64,000 nucleotides of DNA from assembly GCA_965240325.2 (NCBI GenBank), contig OZ251228.1, forward strand, positions 2,108,001 through 2,172,000, in the 5' to 3' direction. Origin of the DNA: Rebecca billardiae RCC1528 (taxonomy: Eukaryota; Protista; Haptophyta). The notes under the pieces are model-generated. The model had not been told where the DNA came from, ran no database searches, and saw only the letters and a program-made list of their open reading frames with translations. The position numbers and the translations under genes were made by a program. Each line of letters opens with the position of its first letter. Position 1 is the first letter of the stretch. Shown in pieces: positions 44,050 through 54,287 of this stretch.

Positions 44050-45888
44050 ATGCTGCTGCAAAAAAGGCCAAGGAATGAAAAAGCGAGCAGCGGATCCAGC
44101 ATGCACGACGTGCCGCGCGAGCAGTTGGCCGTCGCCGGCGAGTTCCTCCGTGTCGCTCCGATCGCGACCGTTGTGGTGTGGGCGGTGAATGCTGGCGCGG
44201 CACTGCAGAAAGTCGTCGTGCCCTTCTTCCTGCTCGGGCTCGGCTTGAACCCGGTGCAGCTCGGGACGATCGCGCTGGTGAAGGACGTGGGCTCTCTCGC
44301 GCTCTCGCCGCTCTACGGCTGGCTGCTCGACGTGCGCGGCCCGTGGCCCGCGCTCACGCTCTCGCTCTCGCTCTGTGGCCTCGGATGTGGCATCCGTGCT
44401 CTCGCCACGGGGTACCACTCGGCGATGTTCGCGGCGGCCATCCTTGCGTTCGGTGGCGCGTTCGAGACCGTCACGCTCGCGCACCTCTCGGCGTGCTTCC
44501 CGCCGTCGCGCCGCACGCACGTGGTGAGCGGCTATCTGGCGCAGCTGCGCGCCATCGTGCTGGCTGGGCAGCTCCTGTACGCCCCGTGGAGCGCGGCGCT
44601 CCGCCTCGCGGACGCGGGCGGCACCGTCTTCCGCCACCGCCTCACGATGGGCGGCTGCGTGCTGCCGTGCCTCGTCGGCTTCTGCGCGTTTGTCCTCGGC
44701 GCACGCCGGCCCGAGTGGTCGGCGCACCGCGTCATCGCGCACGTGACGCCGTCCACCGCGCCTGCGGCGACGTCGAGTGCCGGCGCGGAGGCCGGCAGAC
44801 CCTCGCGCCGCGCACGAGGCGGCCCACAGCGGTGCGCGGCAGCAGCGGGTCCCTTTGCCGTGGCCCTCCTCGCCCTCGCCGCGACGGCCGCCGCGTCGGC
44901 TGGGCTCAACACGCTGTGGCCTGTGATCGTGCGCGAGTGCTACGGGTGGGACGCGGACGAGTTCGCCCCTGCCCTCTTCGGCGCGTCGGTCGTCGCGCTG
45001 TGCGCGATCAGCGCCGCGCCGCGCATCGCCGCGCGCGCCCTCGGCCTCGGCGGCACTGCGGTCTGCGCTCTGCTCGTCGCCGCGGCCGCGGCGCTGCTCG
45101 GCTTCGTCGGCGTGGGCGCGGCGCGCGCGTCCGCGCACCCAACCGAGCGTTCATGTGCCGAGGTGGGCGTCGGGCTCAACGTCGCCGCGGGCCTCGCGCT
45201 CTCGGCGGCCACAGCGCTCGCCGAGCCCAGCCTGAAGGCGCTCGTCTCGCTTCTCGCTCCGCGCGCGCTCGGCGGCCGCGTGTTTGGGCTGATGACGTCT
45301 GCGGGCGGGGTGGGCGCGATGGCGGCGAACGCGCTGCTGCCACGCATGTACACGCACTACGGCTCCTCCCGCGCGCCGTTCGGCGCGCTCGCGATCGTCT
45401 CGCTCGGCGCCGCCCTCACCGTCGCCGCCTTTGGCCTGGACGGGGCTGACGGCTGGCACAGCGCGGAAGGCGGCGCGTGGCGCCTCGAGGCGGTGCCCCC
45501 GGGGGAGTACGCGCTGCAGGGCGGCGGCGCGGGCGAGAGCGACGAGGATGGCTCGTCTCGGGGCTCCACCGCCGACGGTGGAGGTCGGGCTCAGCGTGCG
45601 GATCGCGAGGACGCCGAGGACGCGGCACTGCTCTCGTCCGCTGCTGACCAGGAGGCGCGCGAGGCGGAGTCTGACATCGAGCGTGTCGGCCTCCTCGCTA
45701 CGCTCGACGCGGCCGGGAGCGCCGCCGCCGTCGGCCGGCAGGACGAGGAGCGCGAGCTGGCTCGCATCCGCGCGCACCATCACCAGCACCAGCTCCACCA
45801 ACACCATCACCACCAGCGCCACTCAGACACCGTGGCGCACCCCGTGCCGCAACCGCCCGCTGCAACCGCCCGCCGGCAGTGGCGCTGA
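44050..45888 (+). CDS. Major facilitator superfamily transporter with His-rich C-terminal tail (start 44050 or 44101)
   Basis: About 12 hydrophobic segments, motif-A-like GWLLDVRG, GRVFGLM in the second half, tail HHHQHQLHQHHHHQRH. Confidence 0.8.
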   Translation: MLLQKRPRNEKASSGSSMHDVPREQLAVAGEFLRVAPIATVVVWAVNAGAALQKVVVPFFLLGLGLNPVQLGTIALVKDVGSLALSPLYGWLLDVRGPWPALTLSLSLCGLGCGIRALATGYHSAMFAAAILAFGGAFETVTLAHLSACFPPSRRTHVVSGYLAQLRAIVLAGQLLYAPWSAALRLADAGGTVFRHRLTMGGCVLPCLVGFCAFVLGARRPEWSAHRVIAHVTPSTAPAATSSAGAEAGRPSRRARGGPQRCAAAAGPFAVALLALAATAAASAGLNTLWPVIVRECYGWDADEFAPALFGASVVALCAISAAPRIAARALGLGGTAVCALLVAAAAALLGFVGVGAARASAHPTERSCAEVGVGLNVAAGLALSAATALAEPSLKALVSLLAPRALGGRVFGLMTSAGGVGAMAANALLPRMYTHYGSSRAPFGALAIVSLGAALTVAAFGLDGADGWHSAEGGAWRLEAVPPGEYALQGGGAGESDEDGSSRGSTADGGGRAQRADREDAEDAALLSSAADQEAREAESDIERVGLLATLDAAGSAAAVGRQDEERELARIRAHHHQHQLHQHHHHQRHSDTVAHPVPQPPAATARRQWR

Positions 45889-46084
45889 CTACTACGACCG
45901 GACGACACGTGCCACGTGGCGCATCACTGCATCAGCTAATCATCCGTCCTCAGTGTCATGACGATGATTCATCATCATCGCGGCAGCATATATATCAGCA
46001 CTGACGACTATCAGCACTTATATGATGTCGTCATATCCGACAGCAAAAGAATATATCATCAGCGGCGCAACTCGTCCGAGACTG

Positions 46085-48100
46085 TCAGTAGGGGTCAACC
46101 GGAGGCTGTGCGGCGCGCACCAGGTGCTCAGCGACTGCTGTGGACGCTGAGTAGCCGCAGTCGCCAACTCGCTCCCGGCAGCGATGGCCGCATGTGCGCT
46201 CGGGCCCTTCCCACAGCTCGGCGACGAGCACACGCCGCACCCCGTCAGTGACCGGCCGCACGCAGTGCCGCTTGTGGCTGACGAAGCACAGCGCATCGCC
46301 CCGGCGGAACTCGGCATGCTCGTGCACGGAGCCGTCGGCCTCGAGCGTGCCAAAGGCGCCGCCGTTGAAGTCGACGCCGGGGCTGCTCAGCATGATGTCG
46401 ATCGTCACGAGCGAGCCGCCGTCAAAGTGCTCGGGGTCGTCGAGCGCGCCGTCGCGCCGGACCTCGTGCAGCTCGACGGTGCGCAGCCGGACGACGGCGT
46501 CGGCTGGCGTCTGCCCGTCAGGCTCTGCCGAGCCCGCAGCCACGAGCGCGACCTCGGCGCCCGCCTCGGCGCGCGCGGCGCGCAGCAGGCCCCAGCCGCC
46601 CGCCTCGTCCGCCCGGAGTGCCAGCTCGCACAGCCGCGCGCGCAGCTCGGGCATCTCCCGCGCAAACCGCCCGTCCGAGTGCAGGTAGGTCGTCTCCCAC
46701 GGCGCATCGCCCAGCAGCGGCACGCCGTGAGCGTCGCGCGCGAACCGCCCGGCGCCCGCGCGCCGGATGGCGTGGGCGCGCTCGAGGAGGCTGTCCACCT
46801 CCGCATCGCTCAGCGCGCGCGGGATGTGCACGACGCGCGAGCCCTGCGCGCTCGCCAGGTCTGGCAGCCGCTCGATCGCCGCGCGCTCGTCCCCCTCCGG
46901 CTGCTCGCCTGGCACCTCGATGCTGAGGGCGCACGCGCCCAGCGCGGCGGCTGCGCAGCCCGCGATCGGGAGCAGCGTGCGCGCCGAGCGGCCCGACGCC
47001 TGCCCGTCGTCGCGGGCGAGAGCGCCGGGGCGCCCCTGAGCGGCTCGCCCCGCGCCGCGGCCGCCGCGCCCCCCGAGGCCGCCGCCTTGGCCTTGGCCGC
47101 TCGCGCTTCCCGCCTCCACGGCTGCGAGGCTGCCACCGCCACCGCTCCGCTCCGCCGCGGCAACACTCGGCGCGGTCGCGTCGGCTCGGCGGCACGCGCG
47201 ATCGCCCGCGACCCCGCCAGCGCCGTCATTGAACCAGACCGCCAGGGCGAACCGATGCCCACCGAGCACCGGCAGGACCGCATGCAAATTCCTCTCGCCC
47301 GAGTCGAACGCGAGCAGCCGGCCTGCGCGCGGCAGCACCAGGCGGTCGGCGTCGGCGTCGTGGAAGGCGAACTCGCCGCCGGAGAAGGAGGCCAGCGGCG
47401 GCGGCTCGGCGCGTGCATCGCCGCCCCCGCCGCCCGCGCTCCCCACCCCCGCCGCCGCCGCCCCCTCCGCGGGGCCTGCGCCGGGCCGCCCGTGCGTCGC
47501 CATCGAGCTGAGGTAGAGGATGGATGACACATGGTACTCGGCCACGTTGGCCCTGTCCACGTGTGGCACGGCGTACGAGAGCGCGCTCGCTGCGCCCGCG
47601 TGCGTCGGCGAGCCCTCAATCCACGAGAGCAGCGAGCCCGCCAGGCTGAGCGGCCGCTCCCACTCCGCCTCAAGGCGGTCCTGGATGCGCGCCGTGAGCG
47701 CGTGCGCGAGCGCCTGGGCGCCCGCACCAATGAGCGGCTCGGCGGCGTCGATGAGGGGCGGGATCTGCCGCTCTGGGCCGCTCTCGTCCTCAAGCGCACT
47801 TCGGAGCGCCCTGATGAGCGTGCTGCACTCGTCCACAGAGGCGACATCCTCCATCACGACGCGGCGTGACGCGCTTGGCAGCAAGTCCCACCTGCGCGGC
47901 TGCTCAAATCGCTGGGTGGGCGCAATCACGTGGGGCGGCAAGGCCGGCCGCTGCCTGAGCTCGGCGATGAGCTCGGCCTGCCGCTTCTGGGCGTACTGGG
48001 CGTGCTGCGCGACGTGGCACATCGACGTGACGCCGGGGGCGCCAGCCCGAGGCCAGAGGCGAAGCAGCACCTGGTGGCGTTCGAGATGCGCAGTCGACAT
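46085..48100 (-). CDS. Tandem two-domain 2OG-Fe(II) oxygenase (prolyl-hydroxylase-like)
   Basis: Domain 1: PHVD...SSILYL...GGEF...P.AGRLLAF...NLHAV..V..G.RFALAVWF. Domain 2: EHFD...TIDIML...FNGG...GDALCF...HCVRPVTDGVRRVLV. Confidence 0.85.
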   Translation of the reverse strand: MSTAHLERHQVLLRLWPRAGAPGVTSMCHVAQHAQYAQKRQAELIAELRQRPALPPHVIAPTQRFEQPRRWDLLPSASRRVVMEDVASVDECSTLIRALRSALEDESGPERQIPPLIDAAEPLIGAGAQALAHALTARIQDRLEAEWERPLSLAGSLLSWIEGSPTHAGAASALSYAVPHVDRANVAEYHVSSILYLSSMATHGRPGAGPAEGAAAAGVGSAGGGGGDARAEPPPLASFSGGEFAFHDADADRLVLPRAGRLLAFDSGERNLHAVLPVLGGHRFALAVWFNDGAGGVAGDRACRRADATAPSVAAAERSGGGGSLAAVEAGSASGQGQGGGLGGRGGRGAGRAAQGRPGALARDDGQASGRSARTLLPIAGCAAAALGACALSIEVPGEQPEGDERAAIERLPDLASAQGSRVVHIPRALSDAEVDSLLERAHAIRRAGAGRFARDAHGVPLLGDAPWETTYLHSDGRFAREMPELRARLCELALRADEAGGWGLLRAARAEAGAEVALVAAGSAEPDGQTPADAVVRLRTVELHEVRRDGALDDPEHFDGGSLVTIDIMLSSPGVDFNGGAFGTLEADGSVHEHAEFRRGDALCFVSHKRHCVRPVTDGVRRVLVAELWEGPERTCGHRCRERVGDCGYSASTAVAEHLVRAAQPPVDPY

Positions 48101-48264
48101 CGCGTATCGGAAACTGCATGCGAATTCAGATTTTCATCACATTTTCAGTTTTGTTTCAAAAAGAATTGGGTGGTTCCGTCAGTCGTCATCCGGACCACCA
48201 CGCCCGCAGGAGTGCAGGACTGGTCGCGCCCCGCCCGGCTTGGGAGCCTGGGACCCTGGGACCG

Positions 48265-49457
48265 ATGGCATCGCCGGCCGCACGCACGGGCGCGGAGGAG
48301 GAGGAGCAAGTGCCCACCCCGCACTACTACGCGACGTACTACGGCCATGCTGCCAAGCACCTGAGCATCGTTCATGCCACTCTCCGTCGCGCCCAGCCTG
48401 GTTCCGGCATCAGCCGGCGCACCGCCATTTTTCTCGCGGGAGACTCGAGCCTCGACAACAAGTACTGGTGCGTTCCGTTCTGGGCCGCGCGCGGAGCCGT
48501 ACGCGCCCGCCACGCGCGGCCACCCCATTCGCTGACGGCCTGACGCCGCGCGCACGGGCCCTCGGCTCGCCGCTTGGCAGGTTCAACCGGCGCGAGGACG
48601 CCGTGAACGGCTACGAGCGCGTCCTCCAGCCGCCGGTGCAGAAGGCGGACGTGTGCTACTGGCTGAACGTGGAGGCTGTGCGCCGTCAGCGGCGCGACCT
48701 GTTCGCTCTGAACACGGCGGTGGAGGCGACCACGCTGAGCAGCCGCGCGCTGGGGCGGCTGCTCCCGCAGGACCGCTTCATCCGCGAGCACATCACAGAG
48801 GACGACTACCTCGTCGTCTCGGTCGGCGGCAACGACATTGCGCTCGCGCCGCTGCTGCTCACGGCCGTCAATATGGTGCTGCTCATGTGCTGCACGCCCG
48901 AGGCGGCGATCGAGAAAGCGGCGTGCGCGTGCCCGCCGGACACGTACGCGACGGACTGCGGCTGCCTCTGCTGCGGCGCGCAGGGCTGCGCCGCCGGCGT
49001 GTGCGGCTGCCCCCCCGGGCTCGGGTACATGGTCGACCTGTTCGGCAACCGTGTCAAGCAGTACGTGCAGAGGCTGATCGGCCGGCGGAAGCCCAAGGCG
49101 GTGGTGGTGTGCATGATCTACTACCCGGACATGCTCCGGACGGGCGGCTGGGCCGACGGCACGCTCAAGTTCCTGGGATACGACAGGCGCCCGCAGAAGC
49201 TCCAGCTGGCCATCCGCACCGTGTTCGAGCTCGCCACGCGCCGCATCAAGCTGCGAGGCACGCGCGTGATCCCGTTCCCGCTCTTTGCGGTGCTGGACGG
49301 CATGGACTCGCACGACTATGTGCAGCGCGTCGAGCCCTCGCCGCAGGGCGGGGAGAAGATGGCTCGCGCGCTGATGGACGCCATCGTCGACGGCACGCCG
49401 CCTTCGCAGTCAGCGTCGATTCGTCGGCCCGAAGCCGGGACGCTCCGCCGCGACTAG
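48265..49457 (+). CDS. SGNH/GDSL-like hydrolase; intron 48468-48580
   Basis: FLAGDSSLDNKYW|F across the intron, VSVGGND, DYVQRVEPSPQGG, and a Cys-rich insert. Confidence 0.75.
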
Positions 49458-49763
49458 CCAACTCTGAGGCACTAGCTCTGAGCTGCTCGTCCTATTCATT
49501 GTATCATCATGTAGTCGTATGATGCGATGACGACGATATATGCCGCTTATTCACGCTGGACTGATGAGTCGCCTCCACCCACGTACATATATATATATAC
49601 TTTTATTTATTATTCAGTTTTACTGGAATCAAGTCGGCCGCGGTTTCAAATTTAATAACAACGCCGCGGTCCTCGGGATCATTATATATATCTGCTGTCG
49701 TCGTCACAGATGATGAGTCGTCTCTCACGCTGCTGATGAGTGGCGGCAGATGGTGCCGGGTGA

Positions 49764-50923
49764 TCAGGCGAAGAGCACCGTCTCCGCCGCGGCCTCGCTG
49801 CTCTGCTGCTCGCCCTCGGCAAATATCCCGCCGAATCCCGAGAACGCGTCATTCAGCATCTGCGCGATGCACATGTCGCCGCCTGAATCCTGAGCAAACA
49901 AGTTCGCCAGCTCGTCGACGCTGATCAGGCTGTTCATGTCGCAGTCGACCGAGAGAGCAACGAACGCGGCCGTGAAGCCCGCGAACATGTCGATCATCGC
50001 CTCCGTCAAGTTGGCCACCATCTTGTCTGCAAAGGCTTCGTCCGGGTCGGTCGCATTCAGCGCAGCGTTCTGCTCCTGGTTCGCGTGCTTCATCACCGAA
50101 GCCAAGAAGTTGGCGCTGCAGGGTATGCAGACGGGCGCGGGGCACAGGGGCGTGCGCGTGAGTGCGTATGCGTCGAGCCAGGGCGCACGCACGCGCGGAC
50201 ACGAGCCAAGCATCACAAGTGAGGAGGGCGCAGCGCTCATCACGCACAGCTCCTGTTGGGCGCGGATGGTGCATTCACAGGGCGGGAGGGTGGGGGGCAT
50301 GCGCGCATGGACTCGGTCAGAGCGCCCGCTGTCCATGCGCACGCGCGCTCGACGGCGCCCGGCCGGGCTGGTGCGCGCACATCGTAGCTGAGGCTGCCAT
50401 CGCCATCCTGGTCGTGCCTCGCGACGATGCCAGCGGCCACCGCTCGTTGGAATGCAGTGCTGCCGAGCGCGTGCTTGTACTCGTCGAGGGTCAGGCTGCC
50501 GTTTGAGTCAGTATCAGCCACGTCGAAGATGGCGTGCAGGTCATCGACGCTGATGAACTCCTCGGTGCCCTGCGCAAACTCGTCGAACGAGACGAGGCCG
50601 TCGCCGTCCACGTCGGTCTCCGCAAAGTCCGCCTGGAGCTGGTCATCCACACTCGGCGAGCTGGGGTCGGCACTCGGCGCGGTGCCGTTGGAGAGGCTCG
50701 ACTTCTCGACGGGGCGCACGGCGAACGAGCGCGTGCGCGCCCTGGCGGCGGACTCCACAACGGCACGCTGCACAAAGTGGAAGCTTGGTGGCACCGCAGT
50801 CGGCGCGCGCGCGTCGAGGCGCGGAGCCGAGGCGATGGAGGCAATGCTGCCGCCGAAGCACACGAATAGCACAATGCCCACCACCATCGCTACGCAGCCC
50901 AGCAGATGCTGCTTCTTCATCAT
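49764..50923 (-). CDS. Membrane-anchored or secretory multi-EF-hand Ca2+-binding protein; exons 50923-50381, 50252-50248 (microexon), 50115-49764
   Basis: Loops DVDGDGLVSFDE, DTDSNGSLTLDE, DQDGDGSLSYD|E, DCDMNSLISVDE; N-terminal hydrophobic segment. Confidence 0.85.
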
Positions 50924-51233
50924 GGCTCTCGTTTAGGTGGTGTGGAGCTGATCGGGTGGTGCTCGTGCGGGAGGACTTGGCCGGGAACTCAAGCCGCCGC
51001 GGCGCCGCCGCCGCCCGCCGCGAAAAACTGTCTGGAGCGACACGGGATCTGGCTGCTCGTCGCTGTACATAAGACAGTAAGAAGCAGCGACCATAACGCT
51101 TCACTCGCAGTCCCGAACCCTCTGACGGCGTTCATGGCGGCGTACGCATGTCGCTTGCGGTGGGTGATCCTCCTTGCGTCCTTCATACACGTGCTCCCTG
51201 CTCCAAGCGCCGCACCGCTCGACGCGCTGCTGG

Positions 51234-52391
51234 ATGACAACATTATTTTCTTCACCACGCATGCCGCTGATTTGCTCTGCCGTGGCACGAGACGCTGCCA
51301 GCGCCTCACCCGGCCACGACGGCCGTATGTGCACCTTTGAGCACGACAACATGCTCACTGCAGGTGAGTGGACCTGGGCCACCCGGGCAGAAGCGAGCGC
51401 GCTTCGCTGGCCTTGCTGCGGCATGACTGATCCTCGCAATCAGTGGGATCCGGGCTGTCCCGCAGGGAGAGTGGTGGCGAACCCCACGAGGACGGGCACA
51501 CTGGCCGGAGTTGGCGCCCGCGGATGCCAGTGCCCTCGACCACCACTCGACAGGACCCTCGTGTGGCGCCCAAAGCGCTGCGCCGTGCACGAGTGGGACG
51601 CGCGTGTGTTTTGCGAGCGGGCGATGCCGGCGGATGGCAGCGGCATGCTGCTCATTGGTGACTCCCTCATGCAGCAGGCTGCTGCAGCACTCATGAACGT
51701 GCTCGCGATCGCACGAGCAAACTGCTCCGCGCGTGTCCGCTACGCCTCGTCGGATACGCTCGTCAAGCGCAATTTTGGGCGCAACAATCGTGGTGCACAT
51801 TGGCTCGATCACGTTCGGCGCGAGCTGCCCGGAATCGCCGTGCTGAGCGCTGGCGCGCACTTGCGCGCGCACCCCGGGGCGAGCATGCTGGAGGTGCTCC
51901 AGGACGTGCAGCGCGCGGCGGGATCGGCCGGCCTTCCGCCCGATCTAGCTGCGCGCTACCGGGAGCATAACCGCTCGCTTAGGGTCCTATGGAAGACCCA
52001 GCAGTACGGTGGCTGCGCTGGACGCGCGCTCGCGCCTGCGCTCCGCCGCGGTGGGCGCAGTGGTAAGGAGCTGTGCGTCAACATCACTCGGAACATGAGT
52101 AGCGTCCACTATCTCGCCGGTGGCTACAACTGGGATTGGTTCGAGCGCTTCGACGATGCAGCCCTGCGGCTGCTGCCCCCCGCAGGCGTCGTTCCAATCG
52201 ACTTGCGCATGAACCGGCTGCGACCCGACGCCCACGTGTCGACCACCAACGACTGCTTGCACTCGTGCCTCAAGTCAGGCGTGCTCAGCTCGACGTTTCC
52301 ACGCATGCTGCAGCACGTGCTGCTGATGCAGGCTGCGCACACTGACACACCGACGATGATTGAGGCTACGACGACTGATAGCACTGAGTGA
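51234..52391 (+). CDS. TBL/PC-esterase-like polysaccharide O-acetyltransferase (start uncertain)
   Basis: LVWRPKRC, LIGDSLMQQ (GDS), RPDAH...DCLHSC (DxxH). Confidence 0.8.
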   Translation: MTTLFSSPRMPLICSAVARDAASASPGHDGRMCTFEHDNMLTAGEWTWATRAEASALRWPCCGMTDPRNQWDPGCPAGRVVANPTRTGTLAGVGARGCQCPRPPLDRTLVWRPKRCAVHEWDARVFCERAMPADGSGMLLIGDSLMQQAAAALMNVLAIARANCSARVRYASSDTLVKRNFGRNNRGAHWLDHVRRELPGIAVLSAGAHLRAHPGASMLEVLQDVQRAAGSAGLPPDLAARYREHNRSLRVLWKTQQYGGCAGRALAPALRRGGRSGKELCVNITRNMSSVHYLAGGYNWDWFERFDDAALRLLPPAGVVPIDLRMNRLRPDAHVSTTNDCLHSCLKSGVLSSTFPRMLQHVLLMQAAHTDTPTMIEATTTDSTE

Positions 52392-52874
52392 CGACGCAGC
52401 AGCATCGTCAGTGCTGAATCATCGTCATAGTCAGTCTGACGCGGCGGTACCTGCTACTACGCTAGTGCTTCCGGTTCGTCTAACTCACTTACTAACTGTC
52501 ACCGCGTGAGAATCACTGCTGTACGTAGTCGTATAGTAATTAACCGCGCGACTACGATTATTATTCGCGCGTCGTCCGGCACTCGGCAGCGCGCAGATCG
52601 TACGATACTCGATAGGTAGCGCGCGCTGCCGGCGGCATGATATATGAACCCCGCCGCCAGATATTATTTATTGGCAGTCATCTCTGAGACCCTACCTCAG
52701 TCATCTCTGAGACTCCTACCTAATCCCCCGTCATTCGTCAAGCCTCGACACTTCTGAGTGACTTCACTTGACGGTGCCTGCTGTGTCGATGGCTGAGCCT
52801 GATGCGCCCGACGACGTCGACCACGACGTCGGGCCACGCGCGGCCAGGGGTGGTGGCAGCGCGAGCCGCGAGGC

Positions 52875-54287
52875 TCAGGCTGATGGCAACAGCCACTCGC
52901 GCATGAGTGCAAGCTCCTGCTGGCGAGCGGCGCGCATCGACTCGCTGTCCCCCGCCTCCGGCCACGGGTTGGGCGTCGAGCCCAGGTCTGAGTGGTGCGA
53001 GCCGTCGGGGATGTTGATGGCCACGATCGTCTCCGACACGTTGCGCGTGACGGACTGCGCCGACCACGGGTCGAGGAGGCCGTTCGAGAAGACGACGCGC
53101 GAGGTGAGCCGGCCGAGCGCGCCCACGCCGTCCGCCATCCCCATCGACTCTGGCAGCCAGCGGAAGCGCGCCGTCGCGTTGTACTGCTTGAGGCAGAAGC
53201 GCGAGACGTCGTCCGCGCGCCACTCGCGCGGCGGGAACATGTCCGTCACGTTGTTCGCCGAGATCGGGTGCAGCACCTCTGAGCACGCGAGGTACCCCCA
53301 GCCGTCAGCGGCAGGGCGGCGCACGCCCGCGCGCTGTGGCCGCGGCGCCGCCAGGGTGGGCGGCGCGCGCGGCTCCGAGTATCTGAGGGGCAGGCAGCTG
53401 CCATCGGGGGGCAGGACGAGGGGCGCGAGCGCACCCACGCCCTCGCCGATCCTGCGGCACGCCTCCACCACCGGCGAGCGCCTCAGCGGGTACGCTGCCT
53501 CCGCCATCGTCGCCAGCTTGGCGCTGAGCACGTCTGCAAGGTGAGGCGCTGCGCCCGCGCCCGCGGGCGCGCACAGCCGGAACGCGCTGGTGAGCTCGGC
53601 GAGGGGCGCGCCGAGCATCGCGCCGAAGCCTCGGCGCACGCGCGCCGAGCAGCCCGGCGCCTGCTTGTCAAACGTCGCCGTCGCCACGCGGTACCAGCCG
53701 TACGGGTCGCACAGCCCCACGTAGCCGAGGACGGGCGCGGACGCGGCGAGCGCTGCGTCGACGGCGCTCGGGTACTTGAGGCGGAGGAAGAAGGCGAGCG
53801 TGCCGGCGAGGGAGCCGCCGACGGCGAGCACGCGCGAGCTCTCGGCGTGGTACGCGCGCTTCACCCCGCGCACGAGCGCCGCGTAGTCCGCGAGCGTCTG
53901 CTCGATCGAGAGGAGACCCAGCCGGTCCGCGCGCGGCTCGAACGACTCCGTGTCGCCAAACGGCGCGCTGCGGCCAAAGTAGCGCATCTCGGCGAAGACC
54001 ATGAGCGCACCGAGCTCGCGGGCCATCTCGATCACCCAGCCCGAGTGCGAGAACACCGAGTCGATGCCGTTGCCCTCCGCGCCGCAGTAGAAGACGATCG
54101 GCCACGGTGGCCCGCGCCACCACGTCGCGTTCACCAGGTAGCGCTCGGCGTACGTCGCGTGGCTCTCGGCGTTGAAGTGATCCACTTGCTGCGTGAAGGT
54201 CTCCGCGATGTAGTACGGCGGGATGGGCTTGGGCCACGGCTCGACACCGAGGAGCGCCGAGGTGAGCGCGAGGAGCACGGGCGCCAT
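52875..54287 (-). CDS. Serine peptidase S28 (prolylcarboxypeptidase/DPP7-like), secreted or lysosomal
   Basis: Signal MAPVLLALTSALLG, QQVDHF, EMRYFG, GGSLAG nucleophile elbow, ASAP, NGLLDPWS, HHSDL. Confidence 0.92.
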   Translation of the reverse strand: MAPVLLALTSALLGVEPWPKPIPPYYIAETFTQQVDHFNAESHATYAERYLVNATWWRGPPWPIVFYCGAEGNGIDSVFSHSGWVIEMARELGALMVFAEMRYFGRSAPFGDTESFEPRADRLGLLSIEQTLADYAALVRGVKRAYHAESSRVLAVGGSLAGTLAFFLRLKYPSAVDAALAASAPVLGYVGLCDPYGWYRVATATFDKQAPGCSARVRRGFGAMLGAPLAELTSAFRLCAPAGAGAAPHLADVLSAKLATMAEAAYPLRRSPVVEACRRIGEGVGALAPLVLPPDGSCLPLRYSEPRAPPTLAAPRPQRAGVRRPAADGWGYLACSEVLHPISANNVTDMFPPREWRADDVSRFCLKQYNATARFRWLPESMGMADGVGALGRLTSRVVFSNGLLDPWSAQSVTRNVSETIVAINIPDGSHHSDLGSTPNPWPEAGDSESMRAARQQELALMREWLLPSA

